Shown: one piece after another, positions 38,401 to 49,420 of the stretch
Position numbering within the stretch: position 1 is the first letter of the stretch
Layout: each line of letters starts with the position of its first letter
Source of the DNA: Takakia lepidozioides
Lineage: Eukaryota > Plantae > Bryophyta
DNA length: 64,000 nucleotides
Assembly: GCA_030704615.1 (NCBI GenBank)
Contig: CM060732.1
Location: forward strand, 21,328,001 to 21,392,000
Direction of reading: 5' to 3'
Translations under genes and position numbers: made by a program
The notes under the pieces: model-generated
Seen by the model: the letters and a program-made list of their open reading frames with translations, nothing else
Told to the model about the DNA's origin: nothing
Database searches by the model: none

Positions 38401-38467
38401 ACCGGGACGCAGGTGAGTGAGTCGCGGCCACAGGCATTGTGGAAGCGTCCAGACAACCTCTGGTCAT
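35432..38467 (-). CDS. Intronless type II membrane glycosyltransferase (GT-A domain + C-terminal nucleotide-diphospho-sugar transferase-like domain), At5g12260-like
   Basis: 1011-aa ORF. N-terminal TM (FVALIVGVLLFLL); IKVLAFNRLSSLTRCLESL, GLQGQWVEAWWP, LILEDDLELSP; C-terminal RNWVC...LGYSVWLTRADAIW. Confidence 0.88.
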   Translation of the reverse strand: MTRGCLDASTMPVAATHSPASRLRKRIDSRSFVALIVGVLLFLLTGYHIATYTKGPTITAEADAALSEGSEHGSLSEGRSKEGLSTEDTDSEKQRERRQYRKDDGLCTLDCNSTSKGSEVQKPVPSELLIVGNGESARSTIEKDFPGEQVPPEIFVESSVVPKEFRMLIKVLAFNRLSSLTRCLESLARADYGGDTVKLHILVDHFRFDESLEFPTVEVQGNATGEESGPVDDLRTVVSVQKGPTQGNSYNGVAETGPGHRSLRLGSLSGKQLSESGPVFLRGDDVDAVKEVGKAGVVVKEENLREISEGTLTGAEGGDAKVESDDGYLLTDLDRETGETGAGKLHKEIAKLTRKEEKSDTNSGVLSSLPGEGDVQTASGPGNSGPVGIDHQIFHIEREQIGDAEEGNSRMPSEYTEKNNSKDGTEEELQDSLAGKYDAKVEAQKQGAGKEKTRKGKHFSQRNKSKPIDEDLMEAHAILKYVDDFKWVHGPKDVHYRSQNVGLQGQWVEAWWPSSNDEFALILEDDLELSPFFYRYLRSIIATYYYDSHNFDPSIYGISLQRPRFVPGKGGNPLDVNSTNALFLYQMVGTWGQLFFPKPWKEFRLWYDNRKSKGVKPILKGMVTNGWYKKLGERIWTPWFVKFVYSRSYFNLYTNFQSERALSVSHRDAGVNYNINAGPDSQLITLEKLGNISLWEMVPLKLMQSYDYCFSEVKRGRLAKTLSQLDTTVASIQVKGTVLMVNIVGVTEVLVRNWVCKMKGLGINQYIILGEDGEFAEDLARQGHAVMCSQLSTDMKQIPAHFGKDQREGINDVVRDLIAVQAVQSVLKLGYSVWLTRADAIWIRNALASVSTHIEEVKADIAGIESGDTYNLGLMYIRSSPEAVRIWGKLVDEFLAAAKAAPGNEQIEQGKSAWQNFSWSVQSEENVRVKALVPNLLVEFEDLPSLGNLSMAETHIVLLDELAKCEPSSFIPRLKALDLWVVDSDLACRRVSCQPPRKAKSTSMLVGHVEP

Positions 38468-39240
38468 GCCAATTTAGACACCCATTACGACATAGCAATG
38501 GTCCGTCGTCGGTGTGTCTATGAGCATCTCCGTCTCCAAATTGGAGAGACACGGAGAGACGTCGACCCAGGAGGACCCAGACAAATGACGGGGACCCTAC
38601 AAACCCACCAGCCAAAACTACCAATGAAGACAACGAGAGCGGAGGGAAGTGAAGAGGAAGGGAATGCAGGGAGCAGTAGGGCGGGAACCATCACTGTACC
38701 ACTCCAGCAAAGTACACTGGGAAGACTCTAGTCCGTAGGAAACCGTTCAGGCAGGAGAAGAAGACTTGATGAATGAATATGATATCAGAAACTGGATGGG
38801 TGCAATGCAGGATGAGTGGATTCTGACAGGCTTCATACACTCTTTGTTTCGGTATTGAATGCTTGGCATAAGGGACGTGTGGCAGGAGCAAAGAGGAGAG
38901 TGCCAACGTCGTAACATAGGTGCGAGTTGTGTGAGAGAGCTGAACAATCACACCAATGATGTGATTTAGTACCATAGCTCACCATTTCTCTGTACAGTGG
39001 CCATGATCTTAGGTATAGAAGCCCAGGAAGGTACTCACTTGATCAGGGTAAGAATTACTCCAACTAGGAAGTGCAGATCCACCATCTTTTTTCATATACG
39101 TCTTCATATAGAAAAATGGAACAGAGTCATGCGTGGTGCAAGCTTTGATTAACATCCAGTCTCAAATGGGACAATTTGTTAGCTGTGGTTCTCCATGTCC
39201 TTCATTTCCACAAACCCAAAGAGGTCCTAACAGTCTTTAC

Positions 39241-39809
39241 CAGTGTTGGCCGGGTATGGCATCTAGACATGCATATCCGGCGGTTATTTGCCGGTTAAGC
39301 ACATATGCATAAGCGGAAAGTGCAGCCTCTGCAGGAACCGGCTATGGAAGGGAACCAGCAAAAGCCATCAAGCTTCCTAGCTGGCTAGAGAACCGGCATC
39401 GTGATTGTAAGGGTGTTATAGCCGTAGAGGCGGTTCTAGATAATACAGGTGTAGGGGTTGGTGATGACAGGCCAATACACGTTTGAACCCCAAACCCACA
39501 GGCCAATACACGAGTGTCTTACCACCAACCCAGAGTCCTCTTGTGTAGTTTTACACATACACAAAAATGCTAGAAAAGTTTTTCTAAAAAAAATGGATGA
39601 ATCCCATAACCGGTATCGTGGATTCGGCATTTTTGTTTTGGCATAACCGGTAGATTGAGAACCAGACAAAAACAAATTCATGTGTGTAATGAGAACCTGT
39701 AACCGAGATTGTTTTCAAACCTATTGGTATACCCTACCTCGGCGATCCCTTTTTTTAGGCCATACCGGAACCGGAAGAGGGCTCAAAACATGGTACCCAG
39801 CCAACACTG
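39241..39809. mobile_element. hAT-type MITE (569 bp)
   Basis: TIRs CAGTGTTGGCCGGGTA / TACCCAGCCAACACTG. Degenerate 8-bp TSD GTCTTTAC / GTCGTCAC. Internal ACCGG/CCGGT motifs. Confidence 0.8.
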
Positions 39810-41274
39810 GTCGTCACCTATTCTCCATGCATCTCTGCTACTCTTTAAGCGGCTAATTTGATTACTGTGAGAGGTATGTCTGCTAGGTTTGGCATCTAGG
39901 TACACTGTAGTTTTAGGAATTCATGGCCACCAGCTTTTGTGCTACACAAGGCTCTTGCTAGCAATATGTGTAATAAGGATCATGGGTATACACAAAAATC
40001 ACTGCCAAGCAACCTGCTGTACTGAATTCATTTAACCGTCATTCTGAAGGCAAGTGTACCCAACCACTTCTACTGTCAAATCTGGATATTTCTCAAAGAA
40101 CTTTGATTCTCATTGCATACATATCCACAATTTCAATCTGCAGATCCAGTGTACGACAGCCTTGCAATCACTCAAGTCACTCTTGCCTCGAGTTACTCTC
40201 GCCTCGAGTTATACTGGGCTTCTGGTATGAACCCTGCATTGCTTCTCTAATCGCAAAGCTCCACTCCCTGCCAATGTTCTGGATTACCACACAACAGGGA
40301 AAGAAAAATCTGGCCGAGACTATACCTGCAAATGGTATTGGGTGTGACATTATGGCCGAAGCCGGATGGTTCCATACGTAGCCATTCAACAATGAATAGA
40401 AACCTGTACCACTAACTGGTGAAATTCCATAAATGGAAATTCTCCATCTTGAGCCTGGCGGTCATGTCTGTAATATAAAAGCTTACTATAACTGATTTCA
40501 CATGTTACCAACCAAGACATGTGATGCAGATAAAAGATCCTATGAGCACTCTAAATCATGGGTACAGACTACACAGCAATACATAAGATACCTGAGGTAA
40601 CAAGGTTATCACAAGAAAGTCTGAAATCAATGTCAAATTCCAGCCATCAAATACAAAACGTACTAAAATTAAAAACCTCACCCAAGATACCTGAAGTAAC
40701 GAAAAATTATCAAATCAATGCGTAGTTAGTAACAAATGCAAATGAAGAATTATCAAGTGGATGTGAAGCTAGTAAAAATTACAAATGGAGAATTATCAAT
40801 TGAATATGAAATGAGTTGAAAAGGGCCTGTAAAGAAAGCTTAAAGACACCGCTCCTTGGAAATAAATCACATCCAATTTCTACTCTGCAACGGTCTGGAT
40901 AATGCCTATGGCCAAGGAATGAATGACTGACATGCAGGCGGAGTTCTCACCTAGATGGTCATTTCAAGAGAAACCAGTAAGCTGATCCATCCTTGTCTAC
41001 ATCAAATTATGGAGGCTGGATATCAGAGGAGGTGGAACTGATGTTCAGACATAAGGAAAGAAGGGCTGGTGGGAGAGGCATTATAGGGAAGAGAAAATGG
41101 AAGAAGGGAAGGGGTGAGAAAGAAAGAGTGACTGAGGTTGCTGGTCGTCCACAGGATGACGAAGGTGAAGAGGAGGGTTTGGGGGGTGGAGAGGATAGAG
41201 CAAGAGTGTGTGTATAAAGTGCTGGATGAGAAGGAGAGTAAGGGGGCGGGGGGGGGATGAGACACAAGAGACTT

Positions 41275-44200
41275 CTATTGCGACTGATGTAATGAGACCA
41301 TGGAGTCCAACCTAAGACGGGCAGATGCTACAATCTCTCTCTGAGCCTGAAGTTGCTCCAGGAGTGCGGAGAAAGCAGGGAATGTATCTTCAACTGCAGG
41401 GGCTTGGAAAAAGGCAACATCATGCTGTAGCTGCTCCAAAGCAGCAGTGGCATTCTGGAGCTCTGCCCGCTGCAATTCCACTTGCTCCAAAGTGACACCC
41501 ATGCTTGCTTGCACCTGTTTCAATCACAACCCCTCTGAATTATATTGGACGTCCTTCACACAGTGCTGGTGAGAAGAACATTGTATGTGCCAATCTGGAC
41601 AGATGGAACCCTCTTTGGTAACCTGTTACTCACATTGGTCACATAGGAGTTGATCTAAGGTGATCAATGGATTGATGTTGATAGGTTTTGGGCCAAATTT
41701 ACTTGATCCATTTCACGGTTAAAGATCCCCATTCTGGCTTGTTCAGGCCATCAGAAGGATTATAATACACGAAAGCTACTTGATATGTAACTGACAAAGT
41801 GAGCATGAAACCCACCGGTACTCTTTGTTTTAATAAGAATGGCGGAGAGGCTATCACAAAAAGATAATTACCACAGAAAGACAGTGCCTTCTTACCTGTT
41901 TCATCACCTTTAAACGATGGCGTGCATTATTAGCTTGCAAGCTCAATGAGGCGGCTCGTTGAGCATGCTCCTTGGCTTCAGTTTCCGCACGTTGGATTTG
42001 TTGACACAGCAAAGTGCGTTGTGCCTCTGCTACTTTTTCAGTGCGCACCCATGCTTCGTACTCCTGTTTGGCTTGCTTCTGAAGTGCAATCACTTTTCTT
42101 TCCTCTTCAAGCCAATTTATGTCCTGTACGCCCTCCAGCACTTCTCGTGCCCATTCCCCATCTTGGCCTGCCCATAAACAGTCCAACAGTAATCAATCAC
42201 CCGAGTCACAGCTGATGATCCGAAGGTTACAAGGCCATATTTGTGGTACAGAGCTGACAGGATAGGCTAAGCAAACCTGGCAGAAGAAACCCCTGGCAGC
42301 AGCCATAAGGGCGGTTCCAGCTTCTTTTGTGTCCAAGTTCACATTGCTTATACTGAAAGCAGTTAGCAACACTGGTTATGATATAGATTTATCAGTCATT
42401 GCCTAATTGCATTGACTTCAATGGCCACTGCACTCTGACACAATAAGAAGCGAAAAGGTACTTCTGTGTTGTGGCACTTCCTTGATTAATAACAGAGAAA
42501 GATCTTCCACCTAGCAATTCCAGGCTTTTCCAAAAGGCTGCTATACAGCTCATTCCTTGTGGGAACCAGCTACACCCAAGCATACGGACTAAGTGTTTCA
42601 AGACTAGGAGGAAGCCAAAGACAACATATGCTGTGATAGGAACAAATATGGTTTGGTCAATCTGTGCTAATGTCACCAAAGCCACTTGTGACTAGAAATA
42701 CAAGTAGTCATTCAATCTTCTACATTTTTGGACCCAGTTAGGACCAGGGAGAAATATGTACTCATGTGTCAACTATCTGGTATAGACAATAGAAATAGCA
42801 GGTGATGGGAACTCAATCCAATGTGCTAAACTACAAGAGGATGGGGACATGAGACCCAAATGGCTGTTGACGTCGCCAAGGGCATCAAGCTCCTCCTTAA
42901 TAAGTTGCAAGACATCATATACTTCGGTACTGAGAGAGCTGCGCTCTTTCACCAACTTGTGAGCCTCCATGACTTTCTGCTGCAAGGGCTGATACGAGGC
43001 CCTCTCGGTGTCTCTCAACACCAGTACTGCCATTGAGAGTTGCTTCTCCATCTCCTCCAAGTCAATGCTGCTCACTGCACACTCCAACCTCTTCTTCCAA
43101 AAGTTCAACAAGTCAGACTTTTTACTGCAACCAGGACACTGAAACTCTCCATCCAGCCCAGATTTATTGGACACACCCGCTTGTTGGGCTTTATAAGCAC
43201 ACAAGAAGTGGCACGTGTGAGAACATGCTGCGCACTCAAGCACCTTCCACTTCTCATTGGGCAAAGATCCAACCTTGCAGAAACTGCACATACATCCTCG
43301 ACAAAAGGACAGATCATCAATGCAGATCTTGCAAAAGCAAGTGCTGCCTGCTTGCTCAAATTCTCGTCGTGTCAAACGTGATATGCTTTGGCTTTGCCTA
43401 CCACATTCAGTCTCCTTCCTTGCTTTTTCTCCTGATACTCTCTCGTCTCCCTGTCCTCCACCAATGTTGGCCAACTGTGCATTTACCGGTCCACCTTGAT
43501 CCTCAACCTGTTTATTGATCATTGGCGGGCATATGCTTTCTGAGACCACCACAGCTGCTTTTACGTGTTCAATATGTCCAGAAAGCTTGTGGTCATGGGC
43601 TACTTCTCCAGCCTGCATAGGCAGCACATCTTCTTTTTTGGTCGACTCCAGAATTCCAGTTGTGGCGAGTGCTGCTGGTGGGCTCTCTACAGGTTTTAAG
43701 TTCTCAACGGTGATGCTGGAATGCAAAACAGAACCTTCCTCTGCAAGCACAATTGCTGTTGTCATTGTGACCACTTGATGCGGATCCAGATCATCCAATT
43801 CATTTCTGCCCCCTTGATCACATAAGAGCACTGAACTGCTGGATGGAACAGCCACTTTAGGAAGCTTGTCGGTAGGAGACTGTATCTGGCAGGCCACCAG
43901 CGGGCTGCCACTGGGGTCAACAGCCACCTTCTGAAGGGCATGCACTGGAGACTGCACTTGACCAACCTCCAGCAAGCACCAATACCGCTTGTGCTTACAC
44001 CGCCACTCAGCACACAGGGAAGCAAGTTCAATCTTGCCTAGGGAAGCAGGGGGCTCCTCGTTTCTTAAAATTGAAACAAACACACGGAGCACATGGGCAT
44101 GATAGCGAACTAAGTTGCTCACCTCCAGATTCCGTTTCAGCAAGAGCCCCCGAAACTCAGCCATTTCTGCTGGACTCTTCATCTTCAATTGTCCTGCTTC

Positions 44201-45570
44201 CTCCATAAACTGTTGAAAGTCGGCATTCTCATTGTATAGCCATTTGTAGCTGGATGCACTTGACAGAATAGACCTGAAGGAATGTGTGAGAACACCAGCG
44301 GATCGTGCTTCCATTTTCTTCTTATTTCCGGGTAAAAGGTTTGATGGAGCAAACGGTATCACTTTATGGGGAATGCTGATTTTTGGGAATATCCTCGTCT
44401 TGTCAGTTTGCACCTGCAAGCATCCACTAACCCATGCTGCCATCAGATGTGCACATCCTATGTTCCACTTGAAAGCCCCCAGTAACATCTCCTATCTCCT
44501 ACCTTTCCCACCCTCCACTCTCAGCCTAGTACCTGCAGATGTGAAAAGCAAGAGTCCATCACTTTCTTAATAAAAGTGTCTGCCAGGAAACATTCTCAGC
44601 AAGCATATAAGGCAGAAACAAGTTCCGCAGGACTTCCTTACCACCATGAATTGGCGTGCTTGCACACTTAGAACTAATCCCAATCCAGTGTCTGGTAGAT
44701 TGGTAAGAGCTCAAAAAAAGATCCTACTAAAACCAAAAAAAAAAACAAAAAAATTGCAGTATGTTGCTTGCTTTGGAATAGTTTCCCTCCAAAATTTATA
44801 ACCAATCACTGACAAGTGTGCAGGAATTAGGACAACTGGCTATGGCTTCACTGAAAGAGAGGAGTTGCCTTGAGAGGTGAAAGGAGTGGAGACTCCTTCT
44901 TCTTGCGCTTCTTCTGGGAAGGTAAATCATAAGCTTGAGCTTGCCTCCGCCGTCTTTTGGTAGTATCTAGGACTCCAGGCAACGGCCCGTCCTTGTATTC
45001 TTAGGCACAACAACACATTGTACAGATTTCACTTGTAGCCCACATTGAAGAGAAGAGAACTTGTGAGTTCACACTATGCATCCATATTTTTGTGACATTT
45101 ACAAACAGAAGCCTCATAGGGCAGGCTCAGGATTTTTAGTTTTCCCAGATAGAAAGAGAGACATGTGAAGGATCCCCTCCACTGGAATTAATTCTACTCC
45201 CCAGAAGTTAACACCCACTAGAAAATCCGATCAACTGCTCGTCAAGTACAAACATGTTACCCCTGATCAACGGTTGCATTGGTATACTGTATACCATAGA
45301 AGTTCGATCTACAACTCAAACAAAGAAAATTTACAGTAAACAATTACCATCGGGGGATATCCGCCAGCAGAAATCTTTGAAGGGAGGAGGGTTGGGTAGA
45401 GTGGAAAGGTAGTCCTGCAGTTGTATCTGTGAGCGAATGCGCATTCCTTCAGGCGAGATGAAATACATGTCCGACAGCCTTTGACCTGCTTTCCATTTCC
45501 AATCCTTGGGTGCAAAAGGGGCCCCGTCTCCCGTTCGCCCTGCTAATGGATGGGGAATATCATGCGACAT
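41275..45570 (-). CDS. MBD-like domain + Oberon-type PHD finger + coiled-coil protein
   Basis: Exon 45570-45348 (GAPFAPKDWKWKAGQRLSDMYFISPEGMRIRSQIQLQDYL). Probable exon ~44999-44869 (KKRKKK NLS, GC donor). Large exon 44413-~42860 (CFCKIC...FCRGCMCSFC...CAACSHTCHFLC...LDGEFQCPGC). Coiled-coil exons ~42166-41896 and 41514-41275. Middle junctions are uncertain. Confidence 0.8.
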
Positions 45571-46606
45571 TGTCTCTCTCTCTCTCTCCGTGGACTTTAT
45601 AAAGTCTCTCTCTCCCTCTCCACACACTTCTTACTTCTCAAGGAGGGGCAGGTAGCAGATAATCAGATCAGATGCTATGCTAAGAGAAGGAAGATAGTAG
45701 ATCTCCTCTCAAAAGCCGAATTAGGTTTCCGAAGGTCTAAATACCGAGCAAACAAAGGATAATGTAAGGGTAGTCGCGGGTTGTAATTAAAATCACAACA
45801 AGAGCAGAGATACAAAATGCAACTTGGAACAGGAATCCTTATGAGGACACCTTCGTATGCACACTCCTAGGATTCTTGAACGTGGGTCGACCCAACGAAT
45901 TCCACGTACATTGAGGAGAAAGACAAGTAATGCGGCATCTACCGGCCTTCTCCAGGCAAAGGATTTCAAACAGAGACGATTCCACAAACTGCATCAAATT
46001 CTACTCCACCATTCAAACCTTCCATACACAGATGCGTGTGCAGAACCCACCCCGTCCAACCCTCTTCTGACGAAAATCCGTTGCACTAATCCTCCTCAAC
46101 ATCCAAATCCCCCCCTAACAAACACCAAACACCAAACGACAGCCCCGCCCTGATTCACAATCAAGAAGCTTGCATCCCTCTCTCTCTCTCTCTCTGTCTT
46201 GCTTGCGATTGTTGAGAGGGAAGCAGCCGCTGCACGGTTTGGAAGTTACAATCGTTTGCTCCAAACGGCCCGCGCAGTGAAAGTGAAACCAACACAAGGC
46301 ACGAATATTAACCCTCATAGTAACACTGGACCACGGATGAGAACTGTTCCATTCATTGACAGTTACTCCTGGATGAACGAATCTCCGAGCAACGACTGCG
46401 GCTGAGGAACGAGTTTCGTCGAATCGAATTTCTGAATAAATGTAATTAACATTTCCAGCAAACCAGCATATGCTAAAAATAATGTTTAAAAAGAGAAAAA
46501 GAGTCTTTTCCCCCTGCAGAGGGAGAAAGACTGCAGCATAAACAAGAGCCCACTTGTCCCAGCAAGCCTTCTTTCTTCCCCTCGCTTCTTTCGAGGGTGG
46601 GTTCTG

Positions 46607-47335
46607 TCATATGAAAATCCTTTGATTGCAACAAGCCTTTTTGACATGGTAAGCGAAATTTGGATCCAAGAAGTCCATGAGGTCCTTCAAGAGGATTTGA
46701 ATGTTTTGAAGACGTTGGCTTGCAAGATGGTCCCCCTCGTTGGCATAGAGCATAAAAGAGTCGCGAATGGGTTGCACCCATTGCTTCAGAAGCGGCACTG
46801 TGTCTGTTTGCAGACTTTCTCTGAACTTGGCATACCCCATGCACTGTGAAACTCCTGGCTCTTTCTCGACAATCATGAGCTCTCCAAGAGCTGCCTGATC
46901 TCCTCCAAAGATTCTGAAAAGTGGAGGGAAATCAGAAGTGGTGAACACTTCTCGAATTTTAGCAAGAATTCCATTCAGCCTCTTGGTCTTCTGCGTGTCC
47001 CCCAAATCGAGAAATTGAATATCCCTACGAATGATCTCTCTCCAAGCCAGGAACTGGCAGATTAGATACACAGTGTTGTCCACAGCATAATCCTTCTCAT
47101 TCTCGTTACCGTGTGTCCATAACATCACACAGAAGTCCTGGTGAAGAATATTATGAAGTCTGTAGTACAACTCCTTGGCCGATGAGATCAGTGGGTCACG
47201 AAACTTAGACATCGTTTTTATCGACTCCACTCGTTTCCCTCTGTTCAAGAACCATAGTTGCCCCAACAGGTTGGCAAGGGTGGTGACGCATGCTAAAACA
47301 GCTGCAATAATTGCAGCTAAGACTGTTGAGTCCAT
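46607..47335 (-). CDS. Uncharacterised 242-aa protein with N-terminal TM helix and intronless CDS; bacterial-like ('lysogenic protein'-type), HGT candidate
   Basis: Clean ORF MDSTVLAAIIAAVLACV...FRDPLISSAKELYYRLHNIL...NTVYLICQFLAWREIIRRDIQFLDLG...FRIFGGDQAALGELM...CMGYAKF...RLQNIQILLKDLMDFLDP. Motif pattern recalled from bacterial proteins; not searched. Confidence 0.75.
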   Translation of the reverse strand: MDSTVLAAIIAAVLACVTTLANLLGQLWFLNRGKRVESIKTMSKFRDPLISSAKELYYRLHNILHQDFCVMLWTHGNENEKDYAVDNTVYLICQFLAWREIIRRDIQFLDLGDTQKTKRLNGILAKIREVFTTSDFPPLFRIFGGDQAALGELMIVEKEPGVSQCMGYAKFRESLQTDTVPLLKQWVQPIRDSFMLYANEGDHLASQRLQNIQILLKDLMDFLDPNFAYHVKKACCNQRIFI

Positions 47336-49385
47336 CACAATCTTTATAAGAAATGTTGCACAATTGTGAAACCACCATGGAATCTGTAAGTCACCCCAGC
47401 ACAATGAATACAACATTAAGCTTAACAATTAACTGCACCCGGATAGAAAAGGACGTGCACACACTCAATAACTCTGCAAGCAATCTAGTTGGAGCAAGGA
47501 AGCTTCCTCTACCATTTTGCGTCACTGGGCCAGTAATCAATCATGCAAGGTTTCAGCTAGAGACTACCTATTGCTGGAAAGAGTATCATTTGAAGTCATT
47601 GCACTAGTGTGTACACAAGATGACCCTCAGTTGAGATCCCTGGAAATAGATTGCTGTGCCTAACCCGAAATGAAAGATTGAGTAATTTTATCGGTTTAAT
47701 AGCACACTAGCCACTTATTGATGCTGCTCAAGGACATATGCCAACTGAAAACTGACAGATCTTTTAATCTTCCCTACTGTTGTCATGTGAGGAACAGAAA
47801 TGATGGCAGAGGTTTCATCAATCCAGACGTGCCCCAGTTTCACAACTAAGACTACTGCCTTTAGGAATGTTTTCCACTCCTGTATGCAGGAATGATCCCT
47901 GCAAACACTTGCAAATGCTTTAGGACATCTCAGTAATGATGGAAGTTCGCCTGGTGACTAGCAAGATTTATCTGTATTCAAAATCTGTCAAACTCCAGCA
48001 TGTTACTCTAGGAAACCCACAATGGCTGTCTAGGTATCTGTTTCCAACATTTTGGAGATGGTGGTGAGAGGAGCTTACACCACAGCAGCAGCAATCTCCA
48101 AAATCCCCATACCAGAAGAACCTTTGTGGCAGTGTAAATGATGAAAACTTTACAAGGACTTCAGATCTGACATTTGTTAGCAAACAACGGAATCACTCCA
48201 TGCCTAGTAGATGAGTGTCTGCCAAGTGAAAAGCAAATATGCCACCAAAACAGATTAAGCTGTCATCCAGCAGCTCGTTGGGGTCCAGGTCCGGTTGAAG
48301 CCACAAGAGAAAGGGCCATGGTCTAAGGGACACGTCTCGGAGCCTGGGAGAGCTTCGCTGACCTCATGGTGCTTCACAAAGCGAGTGCAATTCACACACT
48401 TTGAGCAAGTTTTTTTGGCCCAAAATATGTGGTTGCACTTGTCTCCTCGTTTTAGATGTCCAAACTATTCTAGAACTCTTTCTCAACCTTCCTCTTCCAC
48501 TGCATTGACCACTGTAGGCTTGCAATTTTGTTAGGCAGAATTCGTCTGTCAGAGACCGAGTCTGGGGGGAACTTGCCACAATCCCTCCCCAACTACCTTG
48601 TTTATAGTCCCTCTCCCTACTTCAAGGCTTTGGATGTCACAAATGAGTAAATTTGGGGAGGGGGAACCAATGGATGCTCCAGCACAAGGGAGGCCATTAG
48701 AGCATATGAACCCTCCTGGATTACGTTTTAATCCACCAGATATAGGAAGAGGCCGTGGGTGTGAGATTCCTCTCTTTCTTTCCTTCGTATGGACAAGTAT
48801 GCAGCGAATACAAAATGCAAGGGAGTGGCAAGAACAATTAGGATGTAAGTTTAACCACCAGGTGATTAACATCTGCAGACAGCTGGAGAAAGAAAGAGAA
48901 AATATCCTTATTAGTATCTAGATATCTCCATACTTGCAATTAATGGCAGCCAAAAAAGCAGTACTAAGAAGCTCTGATCTACGGTTAGAGGGCTTCTCAG
49001 AAGAGAAAACCAGAAACAAACAGCAAAGAAAAGAAAAACCGAGACAGGATAAAAAGAAGCAAGGACACAATAGACACAGATACAAACAGAACAACGAACA
49101 CAGATTCGAGAATTTCGGTATGGACTTGGTGACTCTCTCTCACCAATCATGGACCAAGTAGAACAACAACATGTTCGGTATTGACAAGCCACAATCACTT
49201 CTCCACAGACTTCGTCAGCTCCGGACAGTGGGTATAGGTGTAATGCACAGAACACAACCAAAGTACTGTACTGAGTTTCTGTCAAGTAACGAGAAAACTC
49301 AGACATGTTGTTGGCTATCACGTAACCAAAGTGCCAGGAAACAACAAAGAAGACCAAAAAAGTAAAGAAGTGAGGGGATAAGAAC

Positions 49386-49420
49386 GAAGAAGAAGAAGAA
49401 GAAGAAGAAGAAGAAGAAGA
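49386..49420. repeat. (GAA)11 microsatellite
   Basis: Directly visible. Confidence 0.95.
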
